Positions 31,171 through 40,508 of a stretch of DNA of 64,000 bases are shown one piece after another (the first letter of the stretch is position 1; each line of letters opens with the position of its first letter). A model generated the notes under the pieces. That model saw only the letters and a program-made list of their open reading frames with translations. It searched no databases and was not told where the DNA came from. The translations under genes and the position numbers were made by a program. Source of the DNA: Thermoplasmatales archaeon SW_10_69_26 (GTDB lineage Archaea; Thermoplasmatota; SW-10-69-26); assembly GCA_003009755.1 (NCBI GenBank), contig PXUB01000037.1, positions 850 through 64,849 of the forward strand, read 5' to 3'.

Positions 31171-31400
31171 TCAAGGCAAGCAGGCGGACGGATCCTGATT
31201 GAACAACCAGGCGAACGCCTGAGCCCACGCCTCGACCTCTTCTCTCAAGGCGTTCCTCGACGAGCGTCTGCGGAACGGGCCGATCCGTGCTTTGAGCAGG
31301 CCAACCCAGGTTTCCACCCTGTTCCGAACGCCGCCCGACGTGACTTGGCCGTTTCGCGGTCGAGGACGGGGCCGACCCGCCCCAGCGGGCCTTCTGCGAG
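31171..31400 (-). pseudogene. second IS630/Tc1-family transposase remnant (~60 C-terminal codons)
   Basis: ...VRNRVETWVGLLKARIGPFRRRSSRNALREEVEAWAQAFAWLFNQDPSACLP* is about 93% identical in DNA to 17973-18150. This copy keeps the TGA stop. Confidence 0.55.
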
Positions 31401-31745
31401 GAGGACGGCCACGCCGAGCACCAGGCCCCGACCCGAGCGGCGACCGCGTAGCCCTGATCGCTCCCGCGTCCCCCGCCTCCAGCGAGCGGCGTTTCACCGA
31501 CCGAGCCACACCGTTTCCCGATCGGCCCAATCGGCTCAAGTGTCCCCCAGCCGAGTCCCGGTCGAGGTGACCGAGGACATGAGGACACGACCGATCGAGG
31601 ACCACGCCGCTCTCGCCCGCCCTGGGTCAGTGGGGCGAGGCCCCGAGGAACCAGAGCAGGGCGGTCTTCGCGATGGAGACACCGTCTCGCATCCGGGTCC
31701 GCCGTCTGTTTTCGTCTTTCCCGACTTCCACGGTTGCGGTCATCC

Positions 31746-32657
31746 ATGATCACGTGCCAGGAGATCACGAAGAGCTACGGGGAACACGTCGTCCTCGCGT
31801 CCGTCAACCTCGATGTGCGGCGGGGCGAGACCTACGGTCTGCTCGGCCCCAACGGGGCGGGGAAGACCACGACGTTCAAGCTCGTCCTCGGCCTCGAGGA
31901 TCTCGACAGCGGTCGGGTCCTGGTGGGGAACAGGGACGTCGACAAGGACCGGGCGAGGTTCCTGGCCGACGTCGGCTACGTTCCCGAGGTCGTACCCGTC
32001 GAACCCCGCAAGACGGCCCGACAGAACCTGCGAGACGTCGGCCGATTGTACGATGTCGCCTCCCAGGAACTCGAGGACCGCATCCCGGAACTGCTGTCGT
32101 TCGTTGGCCTATCGGGGACAGGGGGCGATCGCGTCACCACGTTCTCGAAGGGGATGCGCCAGCGACTGGGGATCGCGCGGAGCCTGCTCCACCGTCCCGA
32201 CCTGTTGCTGTTGGACGAACCGTTCAGCGGGCTCGACCCCGAGGCCCAACGAGAGCTTAGACGTCTCGTCGAAACGCTGGCCTCGGAGGGACTGGCCTTG
32301 CTGATCGCGACCCATCGCCTGGCGGAGGCCTCCGAGATGTGTGACCGGGTCGGGATCCTCCACGAGGGACGCCTCCGTCAAGAGGTCCCGCTCGATGACC
32401 GGTCCCGGGAGAGCATCCACGCCAACTTCCTTGCCCCCGTCGGCGAGGAGGTCCTGGCGGCCGTGAACGATCTCGACGGCGTGGGCGCTGTCGAGCGGGG
32501 GAACGGGTGGGCTCGGATCCTCGCCGACGACGATTTGGGCGTCTCCCAGGTCCGAAGCATCCTCCAGGGGAAGGCCCGTCTCACCCGATACCGGAGCCCG
32601 AAACGGGAGCTCGAAGGTCTCTACGACCGCGTCACCAGCGAGGGGTCGAAGGCATGA
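31746..32657 (+). CDS. ABC transporter ATP-binding protein (ABC-2 type)
   Basis: ATG at 31746 (MITCQEITKSYGEHVV...). Walker A GPNGAGKTT. Signature LSGGQRK-like region FSKGMRQRLGIA. Walker B LLLLDEPFSGLD. Confidence 0.85.
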   Translation: MITCQEITKSYGEHVVLASVNLDVRRGETYGLLGPNGAGKTTTFKLVLGLEDLDSGRVLVGNRDVDKDRARFLADVGYVPEVVPVEPRKTARQNLRDVGRLYDVASQELEDRIPELLSFVGLSGTGGDRVTTFSKGMRQRLGIARSLLHRPDLLLLDEPFSGLDPEAQRELRRLVETLASEGLALLIATHRLAEASEMCDRVGILHEGRLRQEVPLDDRSRESIHANFLAPVGEEVLAAVNDLDGVGAVERGNGWARILADDDLGVSQVRSILQGKARLTRYRSPKRELEGLYDRVTSEGSKA

Positions 32658-33406
32658 TCGGCCCCCTCCGCCGGGAGATGACGACGATGTTGATGAGCTG
32701 GCGGCTCCCCGTGTTCCTCTTGGTCGCCGGCGGGTACCTCACCTACAAGCTGTCCACCCTCCTCGCCGATCCGACCGTCGCCGTCGCCTCGGCCTGGACG
32801 GTTCTGCCCGGCCTCGTCGAGGCCGGCCTCCTCCTCGTTCTCGGCCTGGCTTTCCTCTTCTCGCTCGACGCGCTCTCCCGCGAGCGGGATTCCGGCATGA
32901 TGGCGATCCTCCGCGTGACCCCGGTCACCTCCCACCGGATCGTCGCGGCGAAGCTCACCGTGCTCGCCGTCATCTACGTGGCTGTGGCGTTGCTGCTGGT
33001 GGCTGGGGCCGCCGTCGCCTCGTTCGCGGTCGGGGGACCACTGTTGTCCGCACTGCTCGGGTTCCTCGGCCCGCTCACGCTGGTCTTTTCGTTCCTCGCC
33101 GGGCTCGGGCTCTTCATCTCGGCGGCCACCGGCTCGGCTCGGACGTCGTTCGTCGTCGGTGCCCTGTCGTTCCTCCCGCTTTGGCTGACGATGGAACCGG
33201 ATGGCCCGGGACAGGTCCTCCTCTACCACCTCGGGGCCGGATCCGCGAGCGCCTGGATCCCTCTCGAGGCGGCCTACCTGGCCGGCCTCTCCCCGTTGAG
33301 CGCTTTCCAAACGCGGTGGCCAGCTCTCGTCGGCGCGGGCGTCCTCGGTCTCGTCCTCGCCGCGATCGCTGGGACCGTCATCGATCGCCGGGAGGTGAGC
33401 CTGTGA
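32654..33406 (+). CDS. ABC-2 family transporter permease
   Basis: ATG at 32654 overlaps the ATPase stop (ATGA). About 6 predicted TM helices. Confidence 0.65.
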   Translation: MIGPLRREMTTMLMSWRLPVFLLVAGGYLTYKLSTLLADPTVAVASAWTVLPGLVEAGLLLVLGLAFLFSLDALSRERDSGMMAILRVTPVTSHRIVAAKLTVLAVIYVAVALLLVAGAAVASFAVGGPLLSALLGFLGPLTLVFSFLAGLGLFISAATGSARTSFVVGALSFLPLWLTMEPDGPGQVLLYHLGAGSASAWIPLEAAYLAGLSPLSAFQTRWPALVGAGVLGLVLAAIAGTVIDRREVSL

Positions 33407-34989
33407 AACGGATCTTGCCCCTCCTGCTCCTCGCCGGCGCCGGCCTCCTGTTGATCCCACCGGCCCAGGGCGATTCGCCGAGCGTGATGGTCGACGTCGA
33501 AGGCGACTGGAGCTCGGACTCCAACGCGCTCGTCTTCCCCGTCGGGACCCCCCGCGCGATCGACACGACGGTCGCGAACACCGCCGAGGAGCCGGTCGAG
33601 GGCCAGCTCGTCGCCGAGGCGACCATCGGCGAAGAGGTCGCTCGCTGGGAGCAACCCGTCAGGGTCCCCGCCGGCTCGCAGATCCAGCGGCAGCTCGAGG
33701 TACGCTGGCCGGCCCTCCAGTCGGCGACGGTGACCGTCACCTTCGACGGGGAAGCCGAGTCCTCCGAGGCCTTCGCTCAGGGGTTCGGCGTGCCGGCGCT
33801 CGACGTCGAGTTCGATCGTCTGCACGAGAAGGGGCGCTACCTGCCCTACGACAAGCCCCTGACCCCCACCGCGAGCGTCGAGAACCTCGCCGGGGAGCCG
33901 TCGAACCGCACGGAGCTCGCGCTCACGATCGAGAGCTTGGAGGAAGCCGCGAGGACCGACCTCGCCCCGATCGAGGCGGGCGGAACCCGCGAGATCGAGC
34001 TACCCTCGCTGCATCCCTCCGACTCTGGCAGCCTGTCGGTGGGCGGCGCCGGGTCCACGGCGACGACGTCGTTATCGGGGAAGATGATCGCCACGCCGGA
34101 GGGTCCCTCCGCCTACGAGGGTCCGCTCTTCGATTTCGAGGTCCGTGAGGGCGTGGTCCGATCGGCGGGCACGGCCGGTTTCTTGGCCCACGTTCTCAAG
34201 GGCACCGCCCTGGAGCTGGCGGCGTCCTCCGTGACGCCCGGGGAGCCCTCGACCGCCACCGTCTGGGTCGCGAACTTCCGCGGCGAGGGAACCGCCGGCG
34301 CGCGTCTGGACGCCGAGATCTCCCCCCTGCTCATGTCGGGGCCGGACCCCAGCGAGTCGACGGTCGAAACGCGTTCGCTGTATCTCGACCCCTACGAGGA
34401 GAGGCTCGTCACCTTCACCTTCGAGCCGACCGTCGTGGGTCCCCACCGCCTGCAGGCGGACATCGACGGGTACGTCCTGGGGGCCTCGCTGGATGAGGTT
34501 CTGGCTCCCGATCTCGGTGCCCCCGTCCAGGATTGGCAGCTCGAGGATTCCACCCCATCGCTCGCGACCGGCGAGGAGACCGAGATCGAGCTCTCCTGGA
34601 CCCCCGCGGAGGGGTTCGAGGAGGGAACGGTCGGTCTGGCGATCACCCCTGTCCGGCAGGAGAACCAGCGGCTGGATCCCCGCTTCGGCGGCTCGGGGGA
34701 CCAAGCCGAGTTCGTGACCACCCGCACCCTCGACACGCAGATCGTGAACGCCTCGACCGGCGAACGGACGACCACCTTCCAGCTAACGGCGCATGCCACG
34801 GGCATCTTCGACGTCGCCCCCTACATGGAGACGGACGCGGGGATCTCGTCGTTCCCGGACCCCGCATCGGGCAAGCGACGCCTGGAGGTCGTGGACGAGA
34901 GCCCGGACCAGCTTGGTCCCTGGCTCCCGGCGATCGCCTCAGCCTTGCTGGCGGGCGTGGTCACCACGTGTCGCTTCCGCGCCGCCTGA
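33403..34989 (+). CDS. secreted/cell-surface hypothetical protein encoded with the ABC-2 transporter
   Basis: GTG at 33403 overlaps the permease stop (GTGA). Signal peptide KRILPLLLLAGAGLLLIPPAQG. 528 aa, acidic. C-terminal hydrophobic stretch LPAIASALLAGVVTT. Confidence 0.55.
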   Translation: MKRILPLLLLAGAGLLLIPPAQGDSPSVMVDVEGDWSSDSNALVFPVGTPRAIDTTVANTAEEPVEGQLVAEATIGEEVARWEQPVRVPAGSQIQRQLEVRWPALQSATVTVTFDGEAESSEAFAQGFGVPALDVEFDRLHEKGRYLPYDKPLTPTASVENLAGEPSNRTELALTIESLEEAARTDLAPIEAGGTREIELPSLHPSDSGSLSVGGAGSTATTSLSGKMIATPEGPSAYEGPLFDFEVREGVVRSAGTAGFLAHVLKGTALELAASSVTPGEPSTATVWVANFRGEGTAGARLDAEISPLLMSGPDPSESTVETRSLYLDPYEERLVTFTFEPTVVGPHRLQADIDGYVLGASLDEVLAPDLGAPVQDWQLEDSTPSLATGEETEIELSWTPAEGFEEGTVGLAITPVRQENQRLDPRFGGSGDQAEFVTTRTLDTQIVNASTGERTTTFQLTAHATGIFDVAPYMETDAGISSFPDPASGKRRLEVVDESPDQLGPWLPAIASALLAGVVTTCRFRAA

Positions 34990-35049
34990 GGGTCCCCGAT
35001 GCGCGGGAGCCCATCCCCGTCCGGCTTCGAGCTCCGGCTTCCCCGCCCT

Positions 35050-35799
35050 CTACCCGCCTTCGCTGCCCGTGATCTCGCGGCGGCGGAACCACAGCGTTCC
35101 CAGCAACCCGGCGACGACGGCGATCGCGACGAGCACGACGACGGCGGTCGTCGTCGTGGCGGGGTCGACGATCTCGCCGGCGAAGAGGCCGCCGCTGACG
35201 AAGCCCTGTTGGTCGACGATCGAGCGCACCCAGTAGGCGACGGTGGCCTTGCGGAACACGAGCCCGCTGCCGGCCACGATCGACTCCCAGCCGACCAGGT
35301 AGCCGAGGCCGAGCAGGATCGGACGCTCGACGAAGGCGCCGAGCAGGGCGAACAGGCTCGTGTACGCCAGGGAGGCCATCCCGGTGACGAGCCAGGTGAG
35401 GCCGACGAGCTCGGCGTCGAGGTGCCCGATGGCGGGGAACACGAGCGTGAGCCCGATGCCGGCGAGCAGCCAGGTGGCCAGCGCGGCGCCGGTCATGCGC
35501 GTGGCGAGCAGCTGGCCGCGCGAGACGGGCCGGGTGGCCAGGTGCACGATGGTGCCCTGCATCAGCTCCTCGCGCAAGGTCGCGACGCCGATGAACAACG
35601 CCATCAGCGGCACGACGAGGCCGACACCGACGACGAAGAGCACGAACGTCGTCTCGGCTTCGGCCGCGGCCTCGCTCCAGCGTCGCAGGCCCAGGCCCAG
35701 CAGAGCCGGGGCCAGCGCGAGCAGGGCGAGCCCGATCCGTCGGCGGCCGGTGAAGGCCTCGCGCAGGGCGTGGCGGGTGAGGGCGAGGTTGGCGTTCAC
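35050..35799 (-). CDS. ABC-2 family transporter permease (second pair)
   Basis: GTG at 35799 (VNANLALTRHALREAF...) overlaps the upstream ATPase stop (GTGA). Multiple TM helices. The long Arg-rich upstream part of the 549-aa ORF is a frame artefact. Confidence 0.6.
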   Translation of the reverse strand: MNANLALTRHALREAFTGRRRIGLALLALAPALLGLGLRRWSEAAAEAETTFVLFVVGVGLVVPLMALFIGVATLREELMQGTIVHLATRPVSRGQLLATRMTGAALATWLLAGIGLTLVFPAIGHLDAELVGLTWLVTGMASLAYTSLFALLGAFVERPILLGLGYLVGWESIVAGSGLVFRKATVAYWVRSIVDQQGFVSGGLFAGEIVDPATTTTAVVVLVAIAVVAGLLGTLWFRRREITGSEGG

Positions 35800-36731
35800 T
35801 CCGAGGCCCCCTTGGTGAGGTAGTTGAAGACGGCTTGGAGGTTGTCGTCGGGGCTGAGCAGCTCCTGGATGTCGTAACCCTCCTCGAGGATCGTGTCGCG
35901 CAACCGGTCGTAGAAGACGTCGGGGGCGCGGGTCTCGGCCAGCACCTCGCCCGGGTCGTCGTCGGTGGGCTCGCTCACGCGGACGCGGACGACGTCGTCG
36001 TGGGCGATCAGCGAGGTCGCCAGCTCGCGGGGTTGGCCCAGGCGGATGGTGATCTTGTGCGGGTGCTCGTCCATGATGTCGCGGATGCGGTGGATGTCGC
36101 CCTGGGCGACGATGCGGCCGCCGACGAGGACGACGATCTCGCGCGTGAGGGTCTCGATCTCGTGCAGCACGTGGCTGGAGAACAGGATCGAGCGGCCCGC
36201 CTCGTCGATGTCCGTTAAAAGCTCCATCATCTCGCGGCGGCCGACCGGGTCGAGGCCGCCGAAGGGTTCGTCGAGCACGAGCAGCTCGGGCTCGTGCACG
36301 AGCGCCATCGCCAGCTTCAGGCGCTGGCGCATCCCGCGGGAGTAGCCGCCGGCCGGGCGGTCGGCGGCCTCGGCCAGGCCCACGCGGGCCAGCCAGTCGT
36401 CGGCGGCCGAACGCGTGCCGGTCTCGGTCAGGTCGGCGGCCAGGTGGGCGTGGTCGCGCCCGGTGCGCTCCTCCCACAGGGACAGCGTCTCGGGCACGAA
36501 CCCGATGCGTTCGCGCAGCTGGGCGTTGCCCCAGGGATCCTCGCCGAGCACGCGCAGTCGGCCCGTGCTGGGCTCCAGTTGCCCGGTGAGGAGGCCCAGA
36601 AGCGTCGTCTTGCCGGCGCCGTTGGGGCCCACGAGCCCGGTCAGGCCAGCCTCGAGATCCAGGGAGACGTCGTTGAGCGCGACGACGTCGCCGTACCACT
36701 TGGAGACGTCCTCGAGCTCGAGCACGCTCAT
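35796..36731 (-). CDS. ABC transporter ATP-binding protein
   Basis: 311 aa from ATG at 36731 (MSVLELEDVSKWYG...). Walker A GPNGAGKTT. Signature YSRGMRQRLKLA. Walker B LLVLDEPFGGLD. Confidence 0.85.
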   Translation of the reverse strand: MSVLELEDVSKWYGDVVALNDVSLDLEAGLTGLVGPNGAGKTTLLGLLTGQLEPSTGRLRVLGEDPWGNAQLRERIGFVPETLSLWEERTGRDHAHLAADLTETGTRSAADDWLARVGLAEAADRPAGGYSRGMRQRLKLAMALVHEPELLVLDEPFGGLDPVGRREMMELLTDIDEAGRSILFSSHVLHEIETLTREIVVLVGGRIVAQGDIHRIRDIMDEHPHKITIRLGQPRELATSLIAHDDVVRVRVSEPTDDDPGEVLAETRAPDVFYDRLRDTILEEGYDIQELLSPDDNLQAVFNYLTKGASE

Positions 36732-37573
36732 CCGGCCACCTCCTCGCGGTGGAGGCCCCAGGTCAGCCCGGCGAGGCTCACCAGGACCCAGCCGGCGACG
36801 GTCAGCCAGGCGCCCAGTTCCGGGATGGGGCTGGTCTCGATGCCGAGCAGCGTGTGCGTGGTGCGTTCGAGGGCGTCGAAGAGGTCGATCAACAACAGGT
36901 CGGCGTTGTCGGCGACGCCGCGGGCCACGCGGGCGGCGGCCGCGAGCAGGAACACGAGGCCGACCCAGACGGCCGCGGTCCGACCGCGGGCGCCGACGAC
37001 GGCCGAGACCGCCGCGACGACGAGCGTCGTGACGAGGCCGACGAGGACGCTGGCGGCCAGGATGCCCAGCGGCAACAGCCACACGTTGTCGGGGTACAGG
37101 GCCTCGGGCGTGAACGCGACGGCCAGCAGCCAGAGGACGAGCACCGGGACCGCGGTGACGGCCAGCGTCGCCGCGAAGGGACCGGCGCCTTTGCCGGCCG
37201 CGTACCCGGGCTTGGTGAGCGGGTTGGTGAAGTAGAAGGTGAGGCCGCCGGTCTCCAGGTCCTCGGCGATGACGTCGGCCGCGACGGCGGCGAGCACGAA
37301 CGTGACGCCGAACCGGGCCTGGCTGAGGAGGGCGTCGGCCAGGAACGAGGCCGAGAACGGCGTGGCGCCGGGTTGGGCACCCTGGGCGCCGATCTGCAGC
37401 ACCGCGCCGCGCACGGCGATGTGGAGGAACGAGACGCCGAGGATGACCCAGAACCAGAGGGACGAGCCGACCTGGGCGAGCCCGCGCTGGGCGATCGCGC
37501 CGATGCGGGCCAACCGGGAGGTCCGCGAGCCCTCGTAGGCCTCGTAGGCGGGCTCGTAGACGGCGTCGGTCAC
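36728..37573 (-). CDS. ABC-2 family transporter permease (first pair)
   Basis: GTG at 37573 overlaps the upstream ATPase stop (GTGA). Hydrophobic helices throughout. Confidence 0.6.
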   Translation of the reverse strand: MTDAVYEPAYEAYEGSRTSRLARIGAIAQRGLAQVGSSLWFWVILGVSFLHIAVRGAVLQIGAQGAQPGATPFSASFLADALLSQARFGVTFVLAAVAADVIAEDLETGGLTFYFTNPLTKPGYAAGKGAGPFAATLAVTAVPVLVLWLLAVAFTPEALYPDNVWLLPLGILAASVLVGLVTTLVVAAVSAVVGARGRTAAVWVGLVFLLAAAARVARGVADNADLLLIDLFDALERTTHTLLGIETSPIPELGAWLTVAGWVLVSLAGLTWGLHREEVAG

Positions 37574-38484
37574 GCCGATCCCTCCTGCAGGGAGCGGACG
37601 AGCGCCTCCTCGAGATCCTGGCGGGCGGGCGTGAGCTCGCGCACCTGGACGCCGGCCTCGCGGGCCGCCGCCAGCACGAGCCGGGGCCCGGCGTCCTCGG
37701 GCAGGTGGACCAGGCGAACGCCCTCGGGCGAGGTCTCCAGCTCGGCTTCTCGGCCGGCCAGCTGCTCCGCGAAGGCATCGACGTCGCCTCGCACCCGGAC
37801 GCGTAGCGTGGATCGGCGCAGGGCGGTGAGGTCCTCCAGGCGAGCGTTGGTGACGGCTTGCCCGTTGGAGAGCACGAGCGCGCCCTCGCACACGGCCTCG
37901 ACCTCCGGCAGGATGTGGCTGGCCATGACGACGGAGACGTCGTGCGTGCTGGCGAGGTTGCCGACGAGCTCGAGCATCTCCTCGCGGCCCTCGGGGTCGA
38001 GCCCGTTCGTCGGCTCGTCGAGGAACAGCAGGTCGGGATCGTGGACGAGGGCCTGCGCGATCTTGACGCGTTGGCCCATGCCTTGGCTGTAGTCGACCGT
38101 CGGCCGGTAGCGGGCCTCGCCGAGGCCGACGAAGTCGAGCACGCTGTGGGCGCGCTGGGCGGCGACGTCGGCCGGTAGTCCGCCCAGGCGGCCGGCGTAG
38201 GTGACGTACTCGGTGCCGGTGGCGCCGCGCACGAACGCGTCACGCTCGGGGGCGAGGCCGGTCTGCTCGCGCACGCCGACGGGATCCCGGGCGGGATCGA
38301 CGCCGGCCACGCGGGCCGACCCGCTGGTGGGGTCGGTCAACCCCAACAACAGGCGAAGCAGCGTCGTCTTGCCGGCGCCGTTGGGGCCCAAAAGGCCCCA
38401 CGTGCCGGGCGGGATGTCGACGGTGAGATCCTCCAAGGCCTGCACGGGCCCGAACCGCTTGGTTAGGCCGTCGGTGGTGATGAC
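37570..38484 (-). CDS. ABC transporter ATP-binding protein
   Basis: GTG near 38484 or 38493 (...VITTDGLTKRFG...). Walker A GPNGAGKTT. Signature YSQGMGQRVKIA. Walker B LLFLDEPTNGLD. Confidence 0.85.
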   Translation of the reverse strand, partial: VITTDGLTKRFGPVQALEDLTVDIPPGTWGLLGPNGAGKTTLLRLLLGLTDPTSGSARVAGVDPARDPVGVREQTGLAPERDAFVRGATGTEYVTYAGRLGGLPADVAAQRAHSVLDFVGLGEARYRPTVDYSQGMGQRVKIAQALVHDPDLLFLDEPTNGLDPEGREEMLELVGNLASTHDVSVVMASHILPEVEAVCEGALVLSNGQAVTNARLEDLTALRRSTLRVRVRGDVDAFAEQLAGREAELETSPEGVRLVHLPEDAGPRLVLAAAREAGVQVRELTPARQDLEEALVRSLQEGSA

Positions 38485-38548
38485 GGGCGCGACCACGCAG
38501 GGCGAATGCGGGGGATGGGAAGAAGGGTTGGGGTTCGGTCTCGTGACG

Positions 38549-39226
38549 TCACTCGCGGGCGAGCAACCACAGCGCCACACCCGCCACGAGGCCGGCCAGC
38601 GCGGGCGCCCAGACGAGGTCCAGGTTCCCGGCGAAGCGCTCGGTCAGCGGGGCCAGCAGGGCGAAGGCGAGCACGAGCGTGGCGCCGGCGAGCCCAGAGA
38701 CGACGAGCCACCGGATCGCGGCCGCTCGGGTCGCGCGATCGGCGAGCGGGCCACCCAATCCACGGCGTTCCAGCTCGGCGAGCACGCGTTCGCGGGCGCA
38801 GATCCCCATCTCGACGGTCGCCAGCGCGACGAGGCCGGCCGAGACGAGCCACACCTGGGCTGGGGGATCCAGCGTGGCGCCGGCCTGGCCGCCACCGAGA
38901 CGGGCCCAGGGGACGCGTCCGTAGGGGAGGGTGAGCACGGCGACGGTGGCGACGGTCCACAGCCCGAACCCGGTCCCGGTGCGGCCGCTGACGAGGAAGG
39001 TGCCCAACCCGACGAGCGTGGCGAAGCCACCGGTGAACGCGATCGCGAACCCGAGCGTGGCCTCGTCGGGGCCCAACAGTGGTGGGGCGAGCTCGCTGGC
39101 GCCGAGCAGGGCTTGCTCGACCCAGGCCACGTCGCCGGCGACCAGCTGCATCAGGAGGGCGAGGCCGAGCCCGTAGGCGAGCCCGATGGCGCCGCGGCGA
39201 GCTGGGCGGGCCAGCGTCTCAGCCAC
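38549..39226 (-). CDS. integral membrane protein of unknown function (operon member)
   Basis: 225 aa, ~6 TM helices. Start overlaps the DUF58 stop by 8 nt. Confidence 0.5.
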   Translation of the reverse strand: MAETLARPARRGAIGLAYGLGLALLMQLVAGDVAWVEQALLGASELAPPLLGPDEATLGFAIAFTGGFATLVGLGTFLVSGRTGTGFGLWTVATVAVLTLPYGRVPWARLGGGQAGATLDPPAQVWLVSAGLVALATVEMGICARERVLAELERRGLGGPLADRATRAAAIRWLVVSGLAGATLVLAFALLAPLTERFAGNLDLVWAPALAGLVAGVALWLLARE

Positions 39227-40505
39227 GGGGCACCACGTCCTGGAACAGCAGGCGTTCGAGCGGATCCTCGCGCGGGTTCCAGCCGATCACGTGGGCCCCC
39301 AACCGGCGCAGTCGGTCGTGGCGGGGCTGGATCTCGTGGTCGAGGAGGCGAGCGGCTTGGTGGGTCGCCTCGTCGCCGTCGACCAGGTGGTGGGCCAACG
39401 GTTCGATCACGACGACGGGCTGGGGGTCCTCGCCGGCCATCGCGTTGATGCGGCGGATCGCTTCCTCGAGCTCGTCACTAGCAACGTCCGTGCGCGTCAG
39501 GAACACGACCATGGGCTTGTGCTGGACGAGCCAGGCTTGGGAGTCGACGACGGCTTGCAAGGGGCCCTCGTCGGTGTCGCCGGGGGCCAACCGGGACAGG
39601 CGGCGTTGCAGCTTGTGGAATTGCTTGTCGCCGACGTCGGGGTACACGGGATCGCCGGCGTCGGTGTTGTAGGCGTGCAGGCCGACGCGGTAGCCCCGGT
39701 CGAGGTAAGCCATCGCCAGCCCGCTGGCGGCGCCCACGGCGGCCTCGAACCCGTTCTCGACGCTCGTGCCGACGGCCATGTGCCGGCCGGCGTCCAGCAG
39801 GAACCACACGGCCTGGCGGCCCTCGACCTCGTACTCGTTGACGAGCGGGCGGTCGGCGGCCGGGCCCAGGCGGGCGGTGGCCTTCCAGTTCACGGCTTTG
39901 GGCGGGTCGCCGAACCGGTACTCGCGGATCTCGCGGAAGTCGGTCGTCTTCAGGCCGATCCGGGCGGCGTCCTCGTCGGCGCCGACCTCGGCGGCCGTGC
40001 CGCGCATGCGCTGCAGCCGGCGCAGCGGGATCAAGGCCGGGTGCACGTCGATCGTGGCCGCCTCGCCGACGGGCTGGGCCGGCTTTGAGCGCAGGCCCAC
40101 CTGCGGGACGGGTGCCACCTGGGCCGGGCCCAGCTCGTGGCGGCCGCGCTTGGCGGTGCGCACCTTGACCGAGACGGTGTGGGCGTCCTCGCTGGCCGCG
40201 AGCAGGGCGAGGTTGGGGTCCTCGGGCACCGAGAAGGGGTCGGGCAACGGGAGGCTGAGGGCCACCAGGCCGCGGCCGTCGGTCTCGAGGTGCACGCTCA
40301 CGTCGACGAGGTCGCCGGCGCGAGCCTCGGAGGGGGCCTCGATCTCGACGTCGCGGACGTGGGGCGGGGTCTCGGCGAGCCCGACGAGCGCCGTCACGAG
40401 CGGGAGCGCGCTGAGGCCGACGAGCACGAGGTTCGCCGTGCCCAGGCCGGCGACGAGCAGGGTCGTGCCGACGAGCAACAGCCCGTGGGCGGCGCGCGTG
40501 AACAC
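39219..40505 (-). CDS. DUF58-domain protein (MoxR-associated, VWA-like)
   Basis: 428 aa. N-terminal TM anchor. Central region ...REYRFGDPPKAVNWKATARL... matches the DUF58 core. Canonical neighbour of MoxR. Confidence 0.75.
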   Translation of the reverse strand: MFTRAAHGLLLVGTTLLVAGLGTANLVLVGLSALPLVTALVGLAETPPHVRDVEIEAPSEARAGDLVDVSVHLETDGRGLVALSLPLPDPFSVPEDPNLALLAASEDAHTVSVKVRTAKRGRHELGPAQVAPVPQVGLRSKPAQPVGEAATIDVHPALIPLRRLQRMRGTAAEVGADEDAARIGLKTTDFREIREYRFGDPPKAVNWKATARLGPAADRPLVNEYEVEGRQAVWFLLDAGRHMAVGTSVENGFEAAVGAASGLAMAYLDRGYRVGLHAYNTDAGDPVYPDVGDKQFHKLQRRLSRLAPGDTDEGPLQAVVDSQAWLVQHKPMVVFLTRTDVASDELEEAIRRINAMAGEDPQPVVVIEPLAHHLVDGDEATHQAARLLDHEIQPRHDRLRRLGAHVIGWNPREDPLERLLFQDVVPRG

Positions 40506-40508
40506 GGG

